The notes beneath the pieces are model-generated. The model was not told the DNA's origin and ran no database searches. It worked only from the letters and a program-made list of their open reading frames with translations. 64,000 nucleotides of DNA from Catajapyx aquilonaris (taxonomy: Eukaryota): assembly GCA_000934665.2 (NCBI GenBank), contig JYFJ02001042.1, positions 1-64,000 on the forward strand. Direction: 5' to 3'. Below, piece after piece: positions 25,001 to 35,600 of the stretch. Each line of letters starts with the position of its first letter. Within the stretch, counting starts at the first letter, position 1. A program made the position numbers and the translations under genes.

Positions 25001-25653
25001 TAACAACTAAATATAAGTAATAATAATAACTAATAAAAATAACTAATAAAATATTATTTAACTAATAACCAATAAAAATTATGTAACTAATAATAACTAA
25101 TTATGTAACTAATAGTATATAATAACTTAATATGTAACTAATAGTATATAATAACTAATTATGTAACTAATAGTAAATAATAACTTAATATGTAACTAGT
25201 AGTAAATAATAACTATTATTTAACTGATAATAAATTAACTAATAAGGGTAATAACCAACTAATAACAAATGTTGCTAAATAACTAATAACTGATCAAATT
25301 AACTTAATGACTGTTACAGGTGCATAATGTCTTCCAGAGGCGCCCATCAGTGAGTGACCCAGCTCACTTTGAAAGAAGACGATGAAGGTCAGGGAAACGG
25401 GTTGTCCTTGGCTCTTTTTTTTTTCTTATTCTTTTCCTTCTTTCATTGTAACCATATCCCCTTTTCTTTCTTTTTTTCCCCCCTCCCTATAATACCTTTT
25501 GGTCCCTTCCAAACCCGCCTCCACCAGCTTCAAGCGACAGGTTCTGACGATACTGGGGGATTTCTATTTATAGTAATACGCAGAGGTGTAACTCACCTGC
25601 TGGGCCACCGGCTCCAGGATGCTCTCGATGGTTCGGGTGTGAAAGACCGGCAT
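10071..25653 (-). CDS. Vinc: Vinculin, core isoform 959 aa. Exons: 25597-25653, 19648-19755, 19441-19586, 19178-19373, 18820-18964, 17624-18371, 16779-16909, 16390-16719, 15850-16047, 15479-15570, 15304-15409, 12894-13015, 12583-12822, 12261-12351, 10071-10240
   Basis: The N-terminus reads [33 protein letters not shown], the hinge reads [23 protein letters not shown], and the tail reads [16 protein letters not shown]...[27 protein letters not shown]...[12 protein letters not shown]. All introns are GT-AG with matching phases, and the spliced length is 2880 nt. Confidence 0.97.
10691..10717 (-). CDS. Vinc: Candidate vinculin tail micro-exon (27 nt, VGGLLGSCT)
   Basis: Acceptor tctctttttccatttgcctacag, donor C|gtaagt, phase 1-1, open frame. 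Confidence 0.4.
12095..12151 (-). CDS. Vinc: Candidate vinculin tail alternative exon (57 nt [19 protein letters not shown], or 39 nt from the acceptor at 12133)
   Basis: Two in-phase acceptors (ctaaccag and tccttaacag) share the donor G|gtaaag. Both versions are phase 1-1 and open. Confidence 0.55.
13258..13287 (-). CDS. Vinc: Candidate vinculin hinge micro-exon F (30 nt, [10 protein letters not shown])
   Basis: Acceptor caattcccctag, consensus donor G|gtgagt, phase 1-1. A UGCAUG lies about 20 nt downstream (13232-13237). Confidence 0.45.
13899..13985 (-). CDS. Vinc: Candidate vinculin hinge cassette exon E (87 nt, [29 protein letters not shown])
   Basis: Acceptor cccttctctcccgattcaag, donor GAG|gtaaac, phase 1-1, open frame. 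Confidence 0.65.
14239..14370 (-). CDS. Vinc: Candidate vinculin hinge cassette exon D (132 nt, [44 protein letters not shown])
   Basis: Acceptor ggaattgcag after a pyrimidine tract, donor GAG|gtattt, phase 1-1, open SP/P-rich frame. Confidence 0.7.
14474..14533 (-). CDS. Vinc: Candidate vinculin hinge cassette exon C (60 nt, [20 protein letters not shown])
   Basis: Acceptor tgttttccag, donor AAG|gtacac, phase 1-1, polyproline peptide. Confidence 0.7.
14772..14825 (-). CDS. Vinc: Candidate vinculin hinge cassette exon B (54 nt, [18 protein letters not shown])
   Basis: Acceptor gttttctttcag, donor AAG|gtattt, phase 1-1, open frame. Confidence 0.65.
15033..15125 (-). CDS. Vinc: Candidate vinculin hinge cassette exon A (93 nt, [31 protein letters not shown])
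   Basis: Acceptor cttctttttgaacag, donor G|gtacag, phase 1-1, open frame. Confidence 0.6.
18396..18594. mobile_element. MITE copy 1 (internally shortened, inverted relative to copy 2) in vinculin intron 5
   Basis: The ends TGTTATGCAATAATGTGTCAACCCAC and GTGGGTTGACTCATTATTGCATAACA are inverted repeats. Both subterminal regions match the element at 27404-27766. Confidence 0.8.
24940..25310. repeat. AT-rich degenerate minisatellite (TAACTAATA-based units) in vinculin intron 1
   Basis: Dozens of TAACTAATA(A/G) and ATGTAACTAATAGTA variants occur in an almost G-free tract. Confidence 0.85.
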
Positions 25654-26298
25654 TGTTGGTTGATGTGGCCGGGAAGTCTTGGGGAGATTATCCAACCAAT
25701 TCACTGATTGTTGTCCTTTTTTTCTCTCTTTTTTGGGTGGTGGGAATAAGGGTTTTTTTTTTTTAGAGGAGACAAGAGTCGCGCGCGGTCTCCGAGGCAG
25801 CTAAGACATGACTGGCCGCCCTAGGGAAAACCAGGCCGATCGGAAGGTGCTGCTCTCTGCTGGGTTGGAAGGGTGGAGAGTGGTTCGATTAGGGGAGGAC
25901 AGGTGGCGGGATTGGGCCGGGTCGAAGGCGACATCTGTTGCGGCTGGAAGGAAGGACTGTGCGGCGCCAAACTTAAACTGACGGTTAACACTTAACGGTC
26001 GGTTAAGTACAGCGCTGGACATTAGTGGTGTAGTGCTGGTGGCGCCACGAGCCAATAGCAATCGGTTCCATTCGCTCTGCCGCCATCGGCTTGCGGCGCC
26101 ACACATTTACAGGGAGTTGGACATGCTCATGAAATAGGCACAATTCTCCATCAATGTATGTATTTCACCTTCGCAAATACTTAATACCGCATCACCTGAC
26201 AAATTACCAAGATTAGTGAAAACACGGGCGAGTTGAAAACAAAATAAGAAATGAGAGTCCTCAACACCAGCAATTTGTGGCGTACAGTGCGGCCAATC

Positions 26299-28198
26299 TT
26301 ACGCTGCAGGCCGGACAAAATGAGCCACATCCCAGTTGGCGTCAAGCTCAATGGAATCACTGATTTCCACACCGGCGTCAGTGCATGTGGCCAGGGTGAA
26401 CTGTAAATGAAGTGAAAGTGAGTTATTTCTGGATGTAACTCTCTACTTTTAAGGCACAAAACTTACCATGGGGAAAGCGCGAGCATCACGGTAGTAGAGC
26501 ATGCGCATGCACTTGACCAGAAGAGCCTGTGCTGCTTCCTTGGTTGGCAGGGGGTTTCCCTTGGTGGCCTCCCTCATCAGTGGCAGAGCAATGTGGGCAC
26601 CAAAACCAGAGGCACACACTGTCTCCTTGAAGGATGTGCCAATCTTGTCTACATAGCCCAAGTACCTGCACAGAAGAAAATGTGACAGTTCAATCATATT
26701 GGCAGGGCCCTCAATTTTACTTTATGCATTCGCAAGTGCAACCTTTGGGAGGAAATGTCTTCAAGCTGCGGGCAAGATTCAAATCAACATTTTTCACGGC
26801 AAGTGAGCATTGCATTTATGGATTAATTTATGAATTGTATCCTTAGCTAGCCCTAGTGGTGCCCCAAAGTCCAGCAAATCCTAATCTTCCTCCTGAGGAT
26901 CTAATGCCTGATTGTACCAACGAAATTACTGCTTCGATAGCTCCAACAGATCATTAGGACACATTAAAAATGCTCCTAACAATCCATTACGAGCTTTCGG
27001 ATCGCTAATTTCGGTTGGTGCAATCAAGCATAAGTATTCTATGATATTGTCATATGTATGGATCTGAGTTGACTTTTTTCCTAGTTGAGTAGTCATACTT
27101 ACGGCTTCCCCTTATCAACTCCTCCAACAACAAAGGTGTTCCACAGTGGGTCAAACTGGGAGCGACGGGAGTACAACACTCGAGTCAGCCAGTCATGCAG
27201 AGCCTTTGGCTTCATCGCAAAGCCATCATCCAGGATCTCATCAGTGATGCTGAAAAAAATTACAAATTCATTACTAATGAATGAAAATTGGAAATGATTT
27301 TTTAAAATGAGGATAAGCATTGTACACACAATCTTAAAGAACAGCTCACCAAAGTTACAAAGTGATGTAATTGTCTCTTACATGTTGCACAAGGTTCTCA
27401 AATGGACGATATTATGCAATAATGAGTCAACCCACATGAGAACAGTTTTGAGTAGTACGGCTTTCATACCTGTGAAATTAATTCAATGTTCTTTTCGGTC
27501 ATTTATGGCATAAGTAACGTACAGAAAACGAGAGAATGATCCGACGCCATCGTTTCGTGCTTTTTGTTGACACTGTTTACTCATATTGTTCCGTGATGGT
27601 ATTTACATGGAAACCTTGATGACGTCAGATCGTTTCCGTACATTGTGCAGATTTCATCAGCATGATTTTTACTGATTGAAGTAGGATCCTTTAGGTGTAT
27701 GTTCCTGGGCTTAACTCAATTTTGACATTTTTTTGTGGGCTGACTCATTATTGCATATAACAGTCCAAATAACATGTCACGACCTTACTACTCACATCTT
27801 CTGGTTGATCATCCGCTGCATATACTGGAAGTCTGCGTAGTCTCCACTTCCGGCCAGGAGGATCTCGTTGTTGACCTTCACCACCCTCGGACATCCCCGG
27901 AAGCGTGCCAACGACCCATAGGAGATGAGGTTATCAGCGGCAAGCATCACGCCACCGTTGAACGCCACTCCAAGCACAGACGTACCCACAGTAACAGGCG
28001 TCCTGAAAACGGGGGCCATTTCGACCACTTCAGTCCATAGTGTGTGCCAACATGGACAAACAAGGCGTCACCTTCCTTCTTTTACATTCCGCATGGAAAA
28101 GTACCGGTTTGTTCTTACCATGGTCTCTGCTGGTCCGTGGCCGGGTAGGAGTCCGGTGCAGCAGCGAAGGGAGGACGGAGCAGGTAGGACGCGGCCAT
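26299..28198 (-). CDS. PSMB4: 20S proteasome subunit beta type-4 (beta7), 244 aa. Exons: 28119-28198, 27796-28002, 27103-27249, 26467-26665, 26299-26400
   Basis: Motifs include [73 protein letters not shown] and NWDVAH. Introns are GT-AG with consistent phases. Exon 1 is the least certain. Confidence 0.95.
27404..27766. mobile_element. MITE copy 2 in PSMB4 intron 2 (~33-bp TIRs, AAAT on both flanks)
   Basis: The left end GGACGATATTATGCAATAATGAGTCAACCCACA matches the reverse complement of the right end, GGACTGTTATATGCAATAATGAGTCAGCCCACA. AAAT lies directly outside both ends. Confidence 0.85.
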
Positions 28199-28491
28199 CT
28201 CTTTCTTTCGACGGGACAAACTTTTTGGAACACTCGGAATGAGTGGACAGAAAAATCACCGGTAGCGGAAATCACTCTCATCATGGCGGACGGGGACGGC
28301 ACTAAGCGCTATATCGCCAGAAGCGATCGCAGTCATTTCAAATAGCCGCTATTTGAAATAACGGCGATCGCAATTTGAAATAACGGCTATTTCAAATGGC
28401 TATATTAATTAGCAGTATATATAAAAAAAACTTAATTGGCATCCCAAACCATCTGATTTAACTACTGAATTTATCTAATTGGGGGGACATA

Positions 28492-28873
28492 CAGTGCTGG
28501 ACAAATTAGCCGTCGCTGAATGTTTTTTTCGGCGGCGACGGCGGCGGCGTTACCTGGCAACTTCATCCGGCGGACCAATTCAAACATCAGCCCATGGAGA
28601 GCGCTTCCATTGTTGCCACTGCTTACAAATCGAGTGAGTGACGCGGACGACCCAGCGACGGGTCTCTTCTGCCTGCAGGGATATACGCAGGAAAAAAATG
28701 ATGTTAGAAGCAATAAGTCATTTTGGGGTCACTCCCTCGATTTGTAAACAGTGGCAACAATGGAAGCGCTCTCCATGGGGTGATGTTGGAATTGGCCCGC
28801 CGGACGAAGTTGCCAGGTAACGCCGCAGCCGCCGGAAAAAAACATTCAGCGACGGCTAATTTGTCCAGCACTG
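28492..28873. mobile_element. Young Tc1-type fold-back MITE (~150-bp inverted arms, TA target duplication)
   Basis: Sequence runs TA-CAGTGCTGGACAAATTAGCCGTCGCTGAATG...CATTCAGCGACGGCTAATTTGTCCAGCACTG-TA, and the arms are near-identical. The CAGTGCTGG terminus is the same as the start of the C. elegans Tc1 TIR. Confidence 0.92.
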
Positions 28874-29280
28874 TACTAAGGTATGAGTGCCATACCAGAA
28901 TCACCACACGTTATTTACAATTCCAGGACAACACGAGCAATGTAATCAGTTCGATTGATGGCGACATGCTCCGAATTATTACGGCCTTTTTGCAAATCAC
29001 TGAAAAAAAATAAACATACACAACTGGTGGTAAGTGCACTGTATTTTTGCTAATACAGACTTTTTTTTTGTCATTATTTATATTAAACCATTATTGACAA
29101 TCTTACAACTAGCACTGCCAAAGTCAAGTGGTGCTTCGGCCAAAAAAAAAAAGAAAAAAAAGTAGACTTTCTGATTCCACAGTGACATGATGCACTAAGG
29201 TACAAAAAGTGCTGACGAGTCAAAAAATGCTTCTTGGAAGAAAGCTATCCACACATAGTCTTTTGTCTGCCACTAATTGT

Positions 29281-30376
29281 TCACTTCTTGGCGAAAGAAA
29301 TCTTCATGGCGTGAGTCGGGGTGATCTTGAAGCCTTGCAGGGCATCCTTTGCAGCTGAGGACTGCATCTCGTTCTCAAACTCCACAAATGCAATGTCGTG
29401 TCGATTTGGAACCAGTCGAACCTCTTTGAAACCAGGGAACCTGAAAAATTAAACATACGCGGTAGTTGGTTGTCCATAAAATATGTTACGTTTGCTTTAA
29501 ATAGGCAGCTACTAACTGGTTGAACAACATGGAGAGCATCATCTCATTAGTTTCTTCAGGCAGATTGGTAAGGAAAAGAATCTGGTTGGGCGGCTGCTCC
29601 GGAACCGCCTGCTGCATGTGGCCAAACGGCTGCCCAAATCCTCCCAGGCCGGGATGGGCATGGGCCGAGGCCTGCTGCCTGGACTGTTCCTTTGCCGCCT
29701 TCTTTTTTGTCTTCTTGGATTCCCCGCCACCATCATCCTTCTGCTTGTGCTTCTTCGGACGCTCCTGGAACGTACCCTTCATCTTGGCTATGACGTCCGA
29801 GTCCACCTTCGCATACTGAATGCGCTGTGGGAATTAAAAAGTTGGTAAGCACATTCGCCAGTTTGTGATGATTAACGTACCATGGGCTTGTCGTAGAACG
29901 GAAATCCCTGCATGGATCTAAGTGCGTTTGTGGCGCTGCTGATCTCCTTGAAAATGACAAACGCCTGTCCCCGCATTTTCAGTGTCTTGAGTGCCACGAT
30001 CTCTAGGATCTGGCCGAACTGTGAGAAGATGGCATACAGGCTCTTCTTCAGTTCTGAAATGCAAGCAGCATTTAAAATCTTTCGCTTCGTTAATGAGTGT
30101 AACGACTGCCGGTATGGACTGGTGTCCTCAGCCTCCCCCGTCCAAGCCACAGGCTGAACTAGGGAGAGGCGCCTGTTTTATCTACACTGGACAATAAGAG
30201 AGCAAGGATGTGTCTCATCATCGAACACCATGATTTTTTCGAACATGCCATGGAACTAGGCCTAGAAAAAAATAAAAAGCCGGGGTTCTCCATTCCAACT
30301 GGTTCTTACCCTCCTTCTTGACCTTCTCGTTCAGGTTGTTGATGTAAATCGTATGGTTGGGCCGGATGTCCATCAT
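29281..30376 (-). CDS. snf: U1A/U2B''-type snRNP protein SNF (two RRMs, ~234 aa). Exons: 30310-30376, 29881-30053, 29517-29824, 29281-29440
   Basis: RRM1 reads [56 protein letters not shown], and the C-terminal part reads [49 protein letters not shown]...MKISFAKK*. The IVALKTLK loop is of the SNF/U2B'' type. Confidence 0.96.
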
Positions 30377-30758
30377 CGAGAACTGGTTCCCTCGACGCTC
30401 GAAGGACGTCGACCGAACAAACAGACAAACAAACTCAAGAATAAAAAGAGACGCCGGCCGGGCCAGGAGTGGAAAACAACGCAGCTGCTGATGCGAAAGT
30501 AGCCGCTAACACAATGTGGCCAACCGGAACAACAGATCAGTAATTATACGAAATTAATTAATAATAATCAGCACGGAATACGTTTAATAGATTGGGAATA
30601 CTATCAACAATATACTAAATGCTTATTAATAATGAACGGATAGTTCGACTGTGATTGTTTGGATGTTGGCGTGACTGTGGAAAGATGGCTGCGGCTTTGT
30701 GGACTTGATTTTTAGTTTTAGCGTCGTTTTTTTAAAAAAATTAATTAATTAATTAAGT
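30377..30758. promoter_or_regulatory. Putative bidirectional promoter between snf and Gemin2
   Basis: The divergent start codons are only about 380 bp apart, and this interval must include both 5' UTRs. Confidence 0.7.
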
Positions 30759-31996
30759 ATGACCGATTCTGATTTTTCGGATCATCCGCGTGGTGAGCCG
30801 GTGTTCAGAGTTACGGTTGGAAATGAGGATTTTAATCCTGGGGATCCGCCAGTGACTGGTGAAGACTACCTCAAGCGTGTCATGTACTGAAATAAATTAT
30901 TATTGCAATTAATTAAAATTTCAGGTGTTGATCTCAGTGGGTTGTTTAATTAATATAATATATATTATAGCTTGGAGGCAAGGAGATGCGATGATGTGGT
31001 TGTGGTTGAGATTGACCACCAGAAGGTCAGGAAGCAGACTGTCAAAGTGGACGAGGTGAGACAAACATCATCATCTTTTTAATTATGTACAGTATTTTTA
31101 TCGCATGTACTAATTATGACTTGTTTCAGTTGACGGGATGCTGTCCACCCCCGGCTGGATATGGACCAACAGCCGAGTGGCAGCGCTGCCAAGTGGCCGA
31201 CTTCTCTTGCTTGAGAGTGTCCCTTGAGAAGGCGAAGAAGAGTCTAATATATTGGCACAGAAAGAATCCGTCAAGTATTACTGTTGTAAGGGAACATGCA
31301 TTTAAAACTAAGTAACCGAATTCTTTAAAAAATAATACTGTCAGTACACAGTTATGCGACATTGTCCTCAATTATTCAGCTTTACAAAAATGATTAAACT
31401 GACATGTTCATTTCTAAAATCCTGTGTTTGTTTCAGCCCAAAATGGAGGATGATATTGGGTGGTGTCGACTGTGCTTAGGAAACCAGGCGCATATCAAAT
31501 GCCGGAGCACCGCTGGTGGCGATAAAATGGATGAGGACAGGAGTGATGGAATGCAGCCGTTGCTAAGTATACTGTTATCAATGAACCAGGTACGTTCTGT
31601 ATGAACTTAACTGCAATGGGACCAATCAAATATGTTTTCTCGTAGCCAACAGTTGAGTGCGTTTTGGAGTATCATGTCCAATGGCTGGGAGATTTAGGAT
31701 TTTCTCAACTACAAGGCCGGTGGTTGTATGCCCTGCTGACATTTCTGGAAAAGCCATTGACACCCGAAGCTTGCAGTTTATTGAGAGGCTTGGCCCGACT
31801 GTGCAGCACTCTCAGAGCAGCACTGGTGGGTCTTGCTATTAATACTAGTACGTACAATTACTGGCAGGTGTAAGCAATCCTGTATTTTCCCCAGCAGGAC
31901 TCACCAAGTCATCCGCACCTGACGGCTCTCAATCTTCTCATCTCCTTGGTTGCACATTATTTTGACCAAGGTGATCTGGCAGACAGAACATTATGA
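30759..31996 (+). CDS. Gemin2: Gemin2 (SMN complex / SIP1), ~265 aa. Exons: 30759-30883, 30971-31055, 31130-31285, 31437-31589, 31646-31825, 31898-31996 (NAGNAG alternative start 31895)
   Basis: Motifs include PPVTGEDYLKRVILEARRCDDVVV, PTAEWQRCQVADFS, GWCRLCLG, QPLLSIL, QGRWLYALLTFLEKPLTPEACSLLRGLARLCSTLR and LNLLISLVAHYFDQGDLAD. Introns are GT-AG and phases agree. Confidence 0.94.
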
Positions 31997-32633
31997 AACG
32001 GAAATAATTAAATGTGACTTTTAATTCTTGCAATGTTTCTTTTTATTGTAGTACTTCATAAACTTTTTTTTTTTTTTTTGCATGTAGAGAAATAGCTCTG
32101 CTGACATATTTCCACCTCACAGGCACATGAAGAAAGAGGTTGAATGACCCCACCAAAATATATGTTATGGTATGTACTTATGTTAAGCTACACGTTATCA
32201 GAAATAACAGCAATTTTTTTTACCACATAGTTGTAGTTAGCTGAGAAGCTTTTTTTTTCTTCTTTACAGTCTTAAAGTAATCTCCTCTTAGTTTAATCCA
32301 CCCCTTATTTTTAAAAGTCTCATCCCAAGTACCACACACTGCTGTACCGCATACTCAATTCCTGTCTAATTGTTGCACGTCTATGACTTAGTGAATTGTT
32401 ACTTGTAATGTTAATTATGTCTAATTTGGACTAATTTTGAAATTTGAATACTTTTGGCCATGCTAATTGTGTGGTGCTCGGTTGTGACATTTTTTTTTGG
32501 TTGCTTTTTTTTTTGGCATGAGCCAGTTTTGAGCCTTGGGAAAATAGTTTTACATCAGTCGAAAAGGAGCAAGAGCAATGCGTGGGAAACTAACAGGGAA
32601 ATTTTTTGTTTGTTTGTTAGGCAGGCGACCTTT

Positions 32634-35600
32634 TCACTTTGTGTCATCCTGAGGGCTCAACTTGACCGGGCTGTATAAACCTAGCTTTATTCCCAAGTCT
32701 TTGGGCTGCCTTGTGGTCTGTCTCTTTGGAAACGGGTTGAACGGTGCTTTACTTGGACTAGGGATGGTGAAGGAAGGTGAAGGGGATTTTCTCGGATGAG
32801 ATCTATGGGAGGTTCCGTCACTACTGGAAGAACTAGATCGCCTTGCTCTTGACACAGGTGTAGTAGGGATGGAGTCAGGCTTGACTTCCTGAGGACTGTC
32901 AGGTGTGACAGTGAACTTCTGGTTAGTTGAACTGTCGTCTGGTGTAGGGGTTAGTGTGAAACGAGGCCGCAGGTCTGGAGAAGGCGCATGGTGCTGATTT
33001 TCATAATTCTGTACTGGTGGCAATATCCGATCCAGGGGCAAAGATAGCGGAGGTTCAGGCTTTGAAGTGAAGTCGGGAGACATGCTGTCAGAATGAAGAG
33101 ATTCGGAATCGTCCGGAGAAGGAGAGGACTTGTGGCGCAACATGAAGTTTCGGATAAAGTCTGGGGTTGAGCTGAGTTTGGCTTCGAATTCTGGGCTCTT
33201 GCCTGGCGATGTCTCTGGACTTTTCGGCTCCGCTGCAGAAAAATCTAGAGACACCACCGTAGGACTGCCGATCCTTATGGGTGAAGATGGCTCGAGGGAT
33301 GCTAATGAATATTTTGAAATTGTCACTGGGGACAATGTGTTTGGTGTGCTTTTGTCTGTAGTTGCAAAACAGTCTAGAGATATCAGGGCAGTGTCTGGAC
33401 ACTTTGTCTGTGGAGATAAATTGGGTGACTTTGGGCTTCTTGACACTGCAGATGTCTCTGGAGAAATATTAGTCTCGGAACTCCTTAGTGGTAAATCTGG
33501 TGACAAAATATTGTAAGCCTCTGTACTTTTTGACACTCCTGTAAAGTCTGGTGAGGCAATATTTGTTTCTTCAGGACTCCTTGACATGAAGACTGGAGAA
33601 ACAATGGCCGTATCAGCTGGACGCCTGATAATTTCAGGTACATCTGGAGATACTAATGCGTTATCTTCTATACTTTCAGTTGCTAGAAGTTGATCCGGAG
33701 ACGCCGTAATCTCCCTGGAAATATGATCTGCACCTAGAGTGTCTTCAGCACTGGGACTAGAAGACGACAGAAACTGTGCCAAATCATATGAGATACCCGA
33801 TGTGACATCGTGGGAATCTGGACTTGTTGATTCTGCAGTATGGTTGATGACGTAGGTGTCAAGTGTATTGGACGTTCCATTATTAATCGTCTTGCTTTTA
33901 CTAGGTGAGCTGTCACTGGATCCTTCTTTCAGAGTGGAGGAACTCGTTGAGCTGTGGAAGATGCTAGCTGATGGTGGTGACGGGGGTGACTTTTCTCTCT
34001 GGTTGAAAATCAATTCTTGCAACTCGTGGTCGGTGTTAGGTTTGTTATTTTGCTGCGGTGTCACTGGTGGTGATGGTGATGATGCCAAAGATGTGGTGGT
34101 GGAAGACCCGGACGACGACTCTCCTGAGCTTTCCGACCAGTAAAAGTGTCTTCTTTCAGCTTTGGCACTATGACTCAGGATTCTCTCCAGAATCTTGGAA
34201 TTCTCCTGTATTATCTGGAGTGCTCGCTCACTGTTACGACGCCCTGACTCCCTGAATGCTTCTCGAGAACTAGCAGTTGACACGAGATCTGAGTCACTTG
34301 TACTGTCTTTCAATTCACTCTTTTGCTCCAGAAGCGTGAACTCACGTCTGCATATGTCATTAGTCAGTCTTTCATAGAACTTGCGCTCTTTCTCATCATC
34401 TGGGTCGGATTGGGACAATCTCTTTGGTGAATTAGCCATGTCAGGAGGATGCTGAGGAGTTGCAGGTGGAGACTGATGATTGTTCATCATCACGGTGCTG
34501 TCAGGTATGTCATCTAATGTGGCAAAGAAGAGGTCACCATCTGACCTGGAACAGCTGAGAATATCCACCATTGATGGTGATGGTGACGTTAGCGTCATTA
34601 GACTTTCAGCCGATTTGCTCATTTCATCGAATATTATGGGCGGTTGAGGAGATACTGATGGAGTTGAGTTTTCAGGAGTCAGCATGATGGTGGGGGTTGC
34701 CATTGATGTGGGAGTCGACAGTGCTGGTGATCTTTGTGGTGACCGAGATGGGGGTGACACTCCGGAAGTGTCTGACACTAATTTGGTCTCGTCATCTGCT
34801 TTGTCTGTTTCGTCTGCTCCAATAACTAGGACAGTTACATCAGGCTCCTCAGGTGACTTATCCTCCTTTTCAGGTGGGGTTATGACTTTACACGATGTCG
34901 GAGACTCTTCCGGTACCCTGTCCAAAGTCGACACAACATCTTTGGAGCTGGTAAATTCACCAACACTAGCATCCTCTGAGTCAAAGTCACTTAAGCGATC
35001 TCCTTCATCATCACAAAGCTCTGTGGACGTGCTGCTGGAGTCATCATCATCATCATCAGAATCTGCTGTTGGAGACAACGACTGTTACTTCACCTCCAAT
35101 GTAAGTTCATGACTACTGTATGTGTCTTAATGTACCTTTCTGACTCTCCACACTCCCAGTCCGTGTACTCTCTCCAGAGCCCGAATCGACCAGACTCAAT
35201 TTTCTCCTCTGCTTTTCATCCTTCCAGTGAAGCGTTTCTCCAGACTCTGGAGGAAGCGGTGGTGGAGAAGGCAAAGGTGGTGGTGTCGTTTGGCTCTGCA
35301 GTGGTTTGGCTGGTATTGTTTTTACCTGTCCACAAATAATTAGTCAGTTACAATAATTTCAAGACCCAATTGCAATGTGCGTACCTGCACCTTGATGCAT
35401 TCAGGCCCTGGAGACATCACAAGTGCTGCCGGCACCGGTGGAGAAGGTGCCACTCTGCCAGTCCTCCTTCCCAAACTTTGCACCATGACCGGTCCTCCAG
35501 CTGCCCCTCTTCCTCTTCCTGCCACGACCATCGCTCGTCCACGTCCTCCAGACACAGGGACAGTCGGTACCGGCGCCGTACCTCGCCTTCCTTTGCTCAG

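Noticed and set aside
28471..29013. Pairs of similar ORFs on opposite strands
   Set aside because: They are an artefact of the fold-back MITE's inverted arms.
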